Origin: Macrostomum hystrix
Lineage: Eukaryota; Animalia; Platyhelminthes
NCBI GenBank assembly: GCA_950097015.1
Contig: CATNEN010000039.1
Location: 15,314,001-15,378,000, forward strand
DNA: 64,000 nucleotides
Reading direction: 5' to 3'
A program made the position numbers and the translations under genes. This document shows positions 23,034-35,300 of this stretch, piece after piece. The notes beneath the pieces were generated by a model. That model searched no databases and was not told where the DNA came from. It saw only the letters and a list, made by a program, of their open reading frames with translations. The stretch's first letter is position 1; each line of letters starts with the position of its first letter.

Positions 23034-23385
23034 AATTTTATAAAAAAATAATAAAGTAAAGTATAATTTTATATCCTGTTTATATCCTGACTAATCTATG
23101 GCAATCAATTGTAAAATGAGTAATCAATTAATAATGATTAGCGAGCGTAATTTTATTTTATGATAATAAGAAATCAAAATTGAAAATTGTCACATTCTTA
23201 TAGTGGCACAAAACACAGTTAGATAATTTTTTGCCTTCATTAACTTTGATCTGACACTCTGGTTCCTTACTTAGAAATCGCTTTTCTTAAAAAGATTTAT
23301 GACTTCTGAAAGTCAGGTTTATGTGATTGTGCAATAGTTAAAGGTTAATAGTTGTTCAGATTTCGTTTTAGCTTCGCAGAATTTC

Positions 23386-26300
23386 TCAGTTGCTAAGCAC
23401 CAAAGTGCATCTGCCGCTGCTGGCTCCGATTGCAAGGTCGACGCGAACTCCCGACAGCTTGACATTCTGGAAATGATTCAAAAAAACTTTTCTACAGAGT
23501 CCCTACTCATAATCTCTCATGTGGTACTCCCATGACTCAAAATCACTCATGTGGTACTCACATGACTCAAAATCACTCATGTGGTACTCCCATGACTCAA
23601 AATCACTCATGTGGTACTCCTATGACTCAAAATCTCTCATGTGGTACTCACATGACTCAAAATCACTCATGTGGTACTCCCATGACTCAAAATCACTCAT
23701 GTGGTACTCCTATGACTCAAAATCTCTCATGTGGTACTCCTATGACTCAAAATCTCTCATGTTGTACTCCCATGACTCAAAATCTCTCATGTTGTACTCC
23801 TATGACTCATAATCTCTCATGTTGTACTCCTATGACTCAAAATCTCTCATGTGGTACACCTATGATTCAAAATCTCTCATGTGGTACTCCCATGACTCAA
23901 AATCTCTCATGTTGTACTCCTATGACTCAAAATCTCTCATGTTGTACTCCTATGACTCAAAATCTCTCATGTTGTACTCCTATGACTCAAAATCTCTCAT
24001 GTTGTACTCCTATGACTCAAAATCACTCATGTGGTACACCTATGATTCAAAATCTCTCATGTGGTACTCCCATGACTCAAAATCTCTCATGTTGTACTCC
24101 TATGACTCAAAATCTCTCATGTGGTACTCTAATGACTCTAAGGTTATCATGTAATTCTATGAATATAACTCTCACATGATACTCATTTGACTCAAAATCT
24201 CGCGTGACGCACTTCCATGACTAAAAATCGGTAACATAAATAATGTTTCAAAATAATCTAACGCCACAGCTTCATATGACTCAAAATCTTAATTCGAAGA
24301 CTTTCTGTGTCTAACACTCGGTGAATTCTAGGGGTTAGTGGAGATAAAAGTCGTAAGAAACTAGCCCGTTGCCAGACGGTTGCCACTCACTCGCCATCTC
24401 TGGTCGACAACAAACTCGCCGCCACCGCCGCTGTTGCCGCAGTCGCCGGCGACGCTTAGCCGGGACCAATGGCCGCTGCCAGCAGCCGCGGGCACCCCGT
24501 ACAGCACCGCCGACTGGATCTCCGGGCGCAGGTAGGAGGAGCTAATTGAGCCGTTCCACCGGACCGCCAGCTCTACGGCCCCGCTGCGCGCTGTGACTGC
24601 GAAACTGATCTGAGATCCTTCGGAGTCTGCGAGTACCAGGGTAGATGTCTGGTCACTAGACTTCACTCCAGTCTGCCTGTCATTCACTCCAGTCTGCCTG
24701 TCATTCACTCCCGTCTGCCTGTCATTCACTCCAGTCTGCCTGTCATTCACTCCCGTCTGCCTGTCATTCACTCCAGTCTGCCTGTCATTCACTCCAGTCT
24801 GCCTGTCATTCACTCCAGTCTGCCTGTCATTCACTCCAGTCTGCCTGTCATTCACTCCAGTCTGCTGTCATTCACTCCAGTCTGCCTGTCATTCTCTCCA
24901 GTCTGCCTGTCATTCCCTCCAGTCTGCCTGTCATTCACGATCCAGTTTGCCTGTCATTCACTCCCGTCTGCCTGTCATTTACTCCAGTCTGCCTGTCATT
25001 CACTCCAGTCTGCCTGTCATTCACTCCAGTCTGCCTGTCATTCACTCCAGTCTGCCTGTCATTCACTCCAGTCTGCCTGTCATTCACTCCAGTCTGCCTG
25101 TCATTCACTCCAGTTTGCCTGTCATTCACTCCCGTCTGCCTGTCATTCACTTCAGTCTGCCTGTCATTCACTCCAGTCTGCCTGTCATTCACTCCAGTCT
25201 GCCTGTCATTCACTCCCGTCTGCCTGTCATTCACTCCAGTCTGCCTGTCATTCACTCCAGTCTGCCTGTCATTCACTCCAGTCTGCCTGTCATTCACTCC
25301 AGTCTGCCTGTCATTCACTCCAGTCTGCCTGTCATTCACTCCAGTCTGCCTGTCATTCACGATCCAGTCTGCCTGTCATTCACTCCAGTTTGCCTGTCAT
25401 TCACTCCAGTCTGCCTGTCATTCACGATCCAGTCTGCCTGCCATTCACGATCCAGTCTGCCTGTCATTCACTCCAGTTTGCTTGTCATTCTCTCCAGTCT
25501 GTCTGCCATTCACTCCCGTCTGTCTCTCCCCTATTTCTCCATACTCCAGTCGACCCACCAATAGACTCTCCATCGTCTATGTACAATTCGCCGCTGGCTG
25601 CGCCGGTGTTGCTGAATGAGACGATCAGCTCGATGCCTCGATTGCGACTGAAGTGTAGAAATTCATGTTAACAAAGAAGTTGATTCACTATTAATCGTCA
25701 CCGAAATTTATCAAATCGAGAACCTACAGCAAGTCCGTGTTGAAGAATTTCCCGCTCGTGTACAGGTCCGAGAATCCGCTATAGGCCGGGATGACCCGAC
25801 CACCGGCTAGACAGATTGCGATTCGATCCTCCGGCGTGTCGAAACGATGAGCCAATCCGCCAGATGATGAGATTGGCGCACCCTGCCCATGCCCACGTAT
25901 AAGTAGTATTTTTAGCGTTTTTCGATACTTTTTAATGTGTTCAATTAAAAAATCTGCAACTCACCGAATAGTAGTCGTACCAGTTTGTTCCAGTTGGCAG
26001 ATAGCCAGTGGTGGTCACCGTATGCTGAAACACGTTTTGTAGTGGGGATAGGATAGAGTGGGCTGGCAGAGGATAGAGTGGGATGGCAGAGGATAGAGTG
26101 GGATGGCAGAGGACAGAGTGGGATGGCAGAGGATAGAGTGGGATGGCAGAGGACAGAGTGGGGTGGCAGAGGACAGAGTGGGGTGGCAGAGGATTGAGTG
26201 GGGTGGCAGAGGATAGAGTGGGGTGGCAGAGGATAGAGTGGGATGGCAGAGGATAGAGTGGGGTGGCAGAGGATAGAGTGGGCTGGCAGAGGACAGAGTG

Positions 26301-29300
26301 GGGTGGCAGAGGATAGAGTGGGATGGCAGAGGATAGAGTGGGGTGGCAGAGGATAGAGTGGGCTGGCAGAGGATGGGGGAAAGAAGATTGAAGTGTTGGG
26401 TTTAGCCAGTTATTCCCGTCACAGGTAGGCACTCACTGGCAGCAGATTAGGTATAAGCATGAGTCCCGAGCCCCACATAAACTGCGAGTCGATATCCAAG
26501 GTCAGCGGATCATTGGGGAAACTGGAAAGCGGAATGCAGCATGGAATTGGCTCGGATCATTGCTAGATAACCCTGATCATCAGTGAAACAGAAACTCACT
26601 CCTGAAACAGGGTTCGCACCGGCGGCACACCGGTAGTCTGCGCGGCTCTCATTTGGGTGTACAGGTATGGCAGCAGCCGGTACCTGTCAATCAGGCTCTC
26701 CCTGATGGCGGAGGTCGCTCGGGAGTCGAATGCCGCCGGATCTTGAGGCGCGCCGTTCAGACCGTTGTGACTGCGGCTGAATGGGTACCAGGCGCCCACC
26801 TGGGACCAGCGAATGCACAGGTCGCGATCCACCGAGTCTCCGAAGTAGCCGCAGATGTCAGCGCCCACCTTTATGAAGATTTGATGAGTCACTCTGTCTA
26901 GGATGTCACTCTGTCTAGGGTGTCACTCTGTCTAGGGTGTCACTCTGTCTAGAACGTCACTCTGTCTAGAATGTCACTCTGTCTAGAATGTCACTCTGTC
27001 TAGGATGTCACTCTGTCTAGAATGTCACTCTGTCTAGGGTGTCACTCTGTCCGAATGTCACTCTGTCTGGGGTGTCACTCTGTCTAGAATGTCACTCTGT
27101 CTAGAATGTCACTCTGTCTAGAATGTCACTCTGTCTAGAATGTCACTCTGTCTAGAATGTCACTCTGTCTAGAATGTCACTCTGTCTAGAATGTCACTCT
27201 GTCTAGAATGTCACTCTGTCTAGGATGTCACTCTGTCTAGAATGTCACTCTGTCTAGGATGTCACTCTGTCTAGGATGTCACTCTGTCTAGGGTGTCACT
27301 CTGTCCGAATGTCACTCTGTCTAGGGTGTCACTCTGTCTAGAATGTCACTCTGTCTAGAATGTCACTCTGTCTAGAATGTCACTCTGTCTAGAATGTCAC
27401 TCTGTCTAGGGTGTCACTCTGTCTATAATGTCACTCTGTCTATAATGTCACTCTGTCTAGGGTGTCACTCTGTCAAAATGTCACTCTCTCAGGATGTCAC
27501 TCTGTCTAGGGTGTCACTCTGTCTATGATGTCACTCTGTCTAGAATGTCACTCTGTCTAGAATGTCACTCTGTCTAGGATGTCACTCTGTCTAGGGTGTC
27601 ACTCTGTCAGAATGTCACTCTGTCTAGGTTGTCACTCTGTCAGAATGTCACTCTGTCTAGTGTGTCACTCTGTCTAGGATGTCACTCTGTCTAGGATGTC
27701 ACTCTGTCTAGAATGTCACTCTGTCTAGGATGTCACTCTGTCAGAATGTCACTCTGTCTAGGATGTCACTCTGTCTAGGATGTCACTCTGTCTAGAATGT
27801 CACTCTGTCTAGGATGTCACTCTGTCTAGGATGTCACTCTGTCTAGGATGTCACTCTGTCTAGAATGTCACTCTGTCTAGGATGTCACTCTGTCTAGGAT
27901 GTCACTCTGTCTAGAATGTCACTCTGTCTAGGGTGTCACTCTGTCCGAATGTCACTCTGTCTAGGGTGTCACTCTGTCAGAATGTCACTCTGTCTAGGGT
28001 GTCACTCTGTCTAGGATGTCACTCTGTCTAGAATGTCACTCTGTCTAGGGTGTCACTCTGTCTAGAATGTCACTCTGTCTAGGATGTCACTCTGTCTAGA
28101 ATGTCACTCTGTCTAGGATGTCACTCTGTCTAGGATGTCACTCTGTCTAGAATGTCACTCTGTCTAGAATGTCACTCTGTCTAGAATGTCACTCTGTCTA
28201 GGGTGTCACTCTGTCTAGAATGTCACTCTGTCTAGAATGTCACTCTGTCTAGGATGTCACTCTGTCTAGAATGTCACTCTGTCTAGAATGTCACTCTGTC
28301 TAGGGTGTCACTCTGTCTAGAATGTCACTCTGTCTAGAATGTCACTCTGTCTAGGATGTCACTCTGTCTAGAATGTCACTCTGTCTAGGATGTCACTCTG
28401 TCTAGAATGTCACTCTGTCTAGGGTGTCACTCTGTCTAGGGTGTCATTCATTATAGGGTGTCACTCTGTATAGGGTGTCATTCATTATAGGGTGTCACTC
28501 TGTATAGGGTGTCACTCTGTGTAGGATTTCTCTCTGTCAGAATGTCACTCTTTCCTTGGATGTAACTATATTTAGTGACATATAGCGACATTTACTGTCT
28601 AGAAATTTACTCCATCCGCAATCTCTGTCTGAAAGCCGGCACTCTCACAAAAGGAATGCCAAACATTCCGTGCTCCAGCATCCCGATGATTGAGTCGCGC
28701 ATGTGTGACCAGGACTTGCCGTTGTCGCCAAGCCAGGTGCCGCCGAATTTTCCGTCGCCAGGAAAGGTGGCTCGAGTGATCACCAGGCCGCGCTTGCCCG
28801 TGACTTGCTTGACAGCTCTACGTTTGAGTTTAGGACCCGTCAAAATGACATATTTCCAGACTAACATGTCAATAACACGTCTAATACAAGTCATCAATGA
28901 CCCATCTAACAGGTCTATGACCCATCTAACAGGTATATGACCCATCTAACAGGTATATGACCCATCTAACAGGTATATGACCCATCTAACAGGTTTATGA
29001 CCCATCTAACAGGTATAAGACCCATCTAACAGGTATAAGACCCATCTAACAGGTAAATGACCCATCTAACAGGTATATGACCCATCTAACAGGTATATGA
29101 CCCATCTAACAGGTATATGACCCATCTAACAGGTATATGACCCATCTAACAGGTTTATGACCCATCTAACAGGTATATGACCCATCTAACAGGTATAAGA
29201 CCCATCTAACAGGTATATGACCCATCTAACAGGTATATGACCCATCTAACAGGTATATGACCCATCTAACAGGTATATGACCCATCTAACAGGTATATGA

Positions 29301-32300
29301 CCCATCTAACAGGTTTATGACCCATCTAACAGGTATATGACCCATCTAACAGGTATATGACCCATCTAACAGGTATATGACCCATCTAACAGGTATATGA
29401 CCCATCTAACAGGTATATGACCCATCTAACAGGTATATGACCCATCTAACAGGTATATGACCCATCTAACAGGTATATGACCCATCTAACAGGTATATGA
29501 CCCATCTAACAGGTCTATGACCCATCTAACAGGTATATGACCCATCTAACAGGTATATGACCCATCTAACAGGTCTATGACCCATCTAACAGGTATATGA
29601 CCCATCTAACAGGTATATGACCCATCTAACAGGTATATGACCCATCTAACAGGTATATGACCCATCTAACAGGTATATGACCCATCTAACAGGTCTATGA
29701 CCCATCTAACAGGTCTATGACCTCTCTAACAGGTATATGACCCATCTAACAGGTCTATGACCTTTCTAACAGGTATATGACCCATCTAACAGGTATATGA
29801 CCCATCTAACAGGTATATGACTTTGTCTGCCAGGTTTATGACCCATCTAGCTGGTCTATGATCCGTCTAGAAGATGCTTCTCAGACAATTATGAGCCGCT
29901 CAAAACCTGTAATAATAAAGCTTTCTAAGGCAGAAATTTTCTAATCTCACCGATCAGTGGCAATTGTCTGCATCCTGCCGTAGAGGCTGTGTACATCGTA
30001 GTGTCTGTATTTTCCGTCGTCATGCAGCGCGTTCATACAGATTGTCTTGTCCGATATCCATGGGCCCCACATCTCTAAACAAGTGTTTATTTTTAGTTAA
30101 CGAATTAATTTAACGATTTAAGTTAACGGAAAAAGTAACGAATTGAAATAAAAAGACTCACTAGTTTTGTATGGCGGCGTCTCCAATGGGTCCCTGAGGT
30201 CGCATTTCAGGCTCCAGTAGGGTCGATCTTTCTCTGGCCAGTTCCACGGCTTCAGCTCATTGGTGCCAAAGTTGGCCGGCTCGTTCATGTCTAGCCAGAG
30301 ACCGTCGAAGCTCAGGCCGGAGTCGCGGGTGTAATTGGCGATGGCCGCCACCCAATAGTCTTGGGCGCGTTGGCTGAAGAAGTCCGGAAACACAATGCGA
30401 CCCTGCGGCCAGGCCTGGGGATTGGATCTTGTCAATGTCAATCTGACCTGTCAAACTAACTCGTCAATCTGGCCTGTCAGTCTAACTTGTCAATAGGACC
30501 TGTCAATCTAACTTGTCAATAGGACCTGTCAGTCTAACTTGTCAATAGGACCTGTCAATCTAACTTTTTAATCTGACCTGTCAATCTAACTTGTCAATCT
30601 AATCTATCAATTTAACTCGTCAATCTCACCTGTCAATCTAACTTTTTAATCTGACCTGTCAATCTAACTTGTCAATCTGACCTGTCAATCTAACTTGTCA
30701 ATCTGACCTGTCAATCTAACTTGTCAATCTGACCTGTCAATCTAACTTGTCAATCTGACCTGTCAATCTAACTTGTCAATCTGACCTGTCAATCTAACTT
30801 GTCAATCTGACCTGTCAATCTAACTTGTCAATCTGACCTGTCAATCTAACTTGTCAATCTGACCTGTCAATCTAACTTGTCAATCTGACCTGTCAATCTA
30901 ACTTGTCAATCTGACCTGTCAGTCTGACGTAAAAATCCGAGAGAAAAACTTAGATACTCCGAAAACACCCCGCACAAACAAAAAACGCTAAACATCTTTA
31001 ATCCTTAAGCATACTTAATTAAAAACTTATTTTTCTTACTACTCAGTATTTTGCATCAAACACAATTCTCCCACTTCTTACATAGCCCAGCAGATTGTCG
31101 TTTCCGTAGGTGTCCCTATCCGGACTTTTTCCAACCGGCCATTTGACGAAGACGTCCAATTCTAGGCCGCGATCGTAGGCCGGATATGTGCCCCTGGTGG
31201 CGTTGGAAACCACAGTTGGATCCAGGATGTAAACAAACCTGATGGACCAGCGGGAGCGCAACTGTCTCACCAGTAGGGGCAAATTTTCGAATCTGTTCCT
31301 GTCGTAGGTGAAGATCTTATTGGCGTCGAAGTGGTCAATATCTGCGTACTGGACGTCGATTGGTACGCCGGCGTCGATGTTGCGCTGTACTGTCGACGCC
31401 ATGGTTGCTAGGCTGTTGTAACCATAGCGACACAGGTGATAGCCTAGCGCCCAGACCGGTGGCAGAGACGGACGGCCGACCAGCTGCGAGATTTATGCAG
31501 ATATTTTAACCTTGGGGATAATAGCAGCCTCACTAAGTGACCTTCGGATAGTAGTAACGTCACTAAATAAAATTAGGATAGTAGTGACGTCACTAAATTA
31601 AATTTGGATAGAAGTGACGTAACTAAATTAAATTTTGATAGTAGTGACGTCACTAAATTAAATTTGGATAGTAGTGACGTCACTAAATTAAATTTGGATA
31701 GTAGTGACGTCACTAAATTAAATTTGGATAGTAGTGACGTAATTAAATTAAATTTGGATAGTAGTGACGTCACTAAATTAAATTTGGATAGTAGTGACGT
31801 CACTAAATAACCTTGGGATAGTAGTGACGTCACTAAATAACCTTGGGATAGCTGTGTCGTCACAACATGACCTTGGGAGTTTAGTATGCTTTGGAATTGT
31901 TCTAGCCTCACTGATTAATCTGAAGATCATAATGGCCTTACTAAATGACTTTGTGATTGTTGCGGCCTTACCAAATGACCTTGGGATGGTTGGTGCCTGA
32001 ACTAAATAACCTTGAGATGTTTGTGGCATTAACAGATGATCTTGGAACTGCAGTGTAATGACATCTTTGAATGCTCTTGAGAAGCATTACTCATCACTCA
32101 CGTCAGTGTACTGGCTGACCACCTGAGCAACAGTGGGGCCGGGAAAGAAGTACACATCCAGAATGCCGCCGATAGTGCGATAGACCATTGCGGTCTCGGG
32201 CACAAATTGAACCTCTGTAATACAAGCGGACATAACGTTTCACTGTTACTGCGAGTATTCGGCCTATATTTATACCAATAGGCCAAACAATAAAAACTGA

Positions 32301-35300
32301 CCCTGCGCGTTGCTGTTGAGAAAGAAAACACCGAAACTGTTCCCGACCGAGTCCCGGCTGATGATCAGCGGGTGGACGCCGTAAAAGTTGCCGTACATCT
32401 GTTTGAATGGGTAAGAGCTGATTTAGCTACCCTGAGAGTGTACATTCCTTCAGCTTGAAGCTCTAACTCCGAGAGTGTACATTCCTTCAGCTTGAAACTC
32501 TAACTCCGAGAGTGTACATTCCTTCAGCTTGAAACTCTAACCCCGAGAGTGTACATTCCTTCAGCTTGAAACTCTAACCCCGAGAGTGTACATTCCTTGA
32601 GCTTGAAACTCTAACCCCGAGAGTGTACATTCCTTGAGCTTGAAACTCTAACCCCGAGAGTGTACATTCCTTGAGCTTGAAACTCTAACCCCGAGAGTGT
32701 ACATTCCTTCAGCTTGAAACTCCAACCCCGAGAGTGTACATTCCTTCCACTTCAAACTCTAACCCCGAGTGTGTACATTCCTTTCACTTCAAACTCTAAC
32801 CCCGAGTGTGTACATTCCTTCCACTTCAAACTCTAACCCCGAGAGTGTACATTCCTTCAGCTTGAAACTCCAACCCCGAGAGTGTACATTCCTTCCACTT
32901 CAAACTCTAACCCCGAGTGTGTACATTCCTTTCACTTCAAACTCTAACCCCGAGTGTGTACATTCCTTCCACTTCAAACTCTAACCCCGAGTGTGTACAT
33001 TCCTTCCACTTCAAACTCTAACCCCGAGTGTGTACATTCCTTCAGGTTATTTAGAGAAGTTAATCACGTGACTCACCCCACCAACCGGCTGGTCCCTGGA
33101 GAACATGGGCCAAGTTGAATAATCGAATCGGTGCCTCAAATTCGGATGGGTGTGCTCGCCGAGACCATAGACAGCGGATGTTGGCAGCGCTGCGGCCAGT
33201 TGTAGGAACTGATTCTCGTACACCAGGCCACCAGTCGGTGTCGTATCCCAGCTAAGAATTTAAAAAAAAAATTTTATTTTTGAAAATTATTTTTTACTTA
33301 TAATACTCAAAAAAATCAGCATATTAGCTGCGCCCTACATGCTCTGGGTTCCTCCACTGCGGCTCACAGTGATTGCTAGGCGACCATTTGCATCGTTTTT
33401 CACTGACGCCGTCAATGGTAGACTAGTGAAAGTGGAGCTGGCTTCGGCTAGATTAAGCGATATTGGCACCTCATATCTTGCTGAGTCGGGATCAGTGATC
33501 TGAAATCAGAATTGTACAGCCATTTCTGCTTGTGATTCGCCAGAAGACCCAAATCGAGTGTACACATCCGAGCATCCGCAAGCCTTTATTACCCTCATTC
33601 TGAGTGCCCCGCTCCTGAGCTGAAGCAGCCCGATTTCCAATCGGTCAGCACCCAGCGAGTACTGGTGCATGTTGTCCACCCGATTAGCGCCATAGACAGT
33701 TCTGACGGGGTCAGAGGCGGCAACTCTGGCTGCTGAAGTGTGCACTCGATAGGAGTTGGCCCTGCGTTTTGAAAGTTCAAACTTATTCTTAACACTTTTC
33801 AATGACTTTTAACTAGAACCACACGCAGTTATTGTGGATATTTACACTAACTTTGACTGTCTAGAATTTATTATGTTCCTCTCAAGTCCTAAGAGAATTC
33901 CTATTGGTCTAACTCTCACCATCTAGCCTAATTATCTTACCCTGTGTTGCGCACTCACACCCCGCCGCCATCTGATTTGTCGACCGTATCTCACTCTCTA
34001 TAGTCTCATTTTCTTACCCTCTGAGGTGCATTTCAACCCCCGCCGCATTTTGATTGGTCAACCTTATCTCACCCTCTAGCCTCATTCTCTCACCCCTGTG
34101 GCACACTTTCACAGTATAGCAAACTTTGAAAGTCGCATGTATCTTTGATAGATTCACATAATTAAAACGAAGCACCTGATTCTAGCGTCGAGAAAGCAGC
34201 GGGGCACCCAGCCGCTTAGGTGCTCCCTGGGTGTGTCGTCCAGATGACAGCCGCGGCGGCTACATTCGCTGGCGCTGATGCCCTGGCCAGCCCAGGCCTC
34301 AGGGGCGCAGTCAATGCGACCGAGCAGGCCGTACCGAGGGTCCGAGCTTGATTGCCCCATCGGGTGCGATAAATTGTGCTAATTATTATTTCGACAAAAT
34401 TAAGCATGGCGTCTCACAGTTTAGGATTGTGTCTAACAGTTCAGGATTGTGTCTAACAGTTTAGGATTGTGTCTAACAGTTAAGGATTGTGTCTAACAGT
34501 TTAGGATTGTGTCTAACACTTAAGGATTGTGTCTAACAGTTTAGGATTGTGACTAACAGTTCAGGATTGTGTCTAACACTTAAGGATTGTGTCTAACACT
34601 TTAGATTGTGTCTAACAGTTTAGGATTGTGTCTAACACTTTAGGATTGTGTCTAACAGTTTAGGATTGTGTCTAACAGTTTAGGATTGTGTCTAACACTT
34701 AAGGATTGTGTCTAACAGTTTAGGATTGTGACTAACAGTTCAGGATTGTGTCTAACACTTAAGGATTGTGTCTAACACTTTAGATTGTGTCTAACAGTTT
34801 AGGATTGTGTCTAACACTTTAGGATTGTGTCTAACAGTTTAGGATTGTGTCTAACAGTTTAGGATTGTGTCTAACAGTTTAGGATTGTGTCTAACAGTTT
34901 AGGATTGTGTCTAACACTTAAGGATTGTGTCTAACAGTTTAGGATTGTGTCTAACAGTTTAGAATTGTGTCTAACAGTTTAGGATTGTGTCTAACAGTTT
35001 AGGATTGTGTCTAACAGTTGAGATTGTGTCTAACACTTTAGATTGTGTCTATCAGTTTAGGATTGTGTCTAACACTTTAGATTGTGTCTAACACTTTAGA
35101 TTGTGTCTAACAGTTTAGATTGTGTCTAACACTTTAGATTGTGTCTAGCAGTTTAGGATTGTGTCTAACACTTAAGGATTGTGTCTAACAGTTTAGGATT
35201 GTGTCTAACACTTAAGGATTGTGTCTAACAGTTTAGGATTGTGTCTAACAGTTTAGGATTGTGTCTAACAGTTTAGGATTGTGTCTAACAGTTTAGGATT

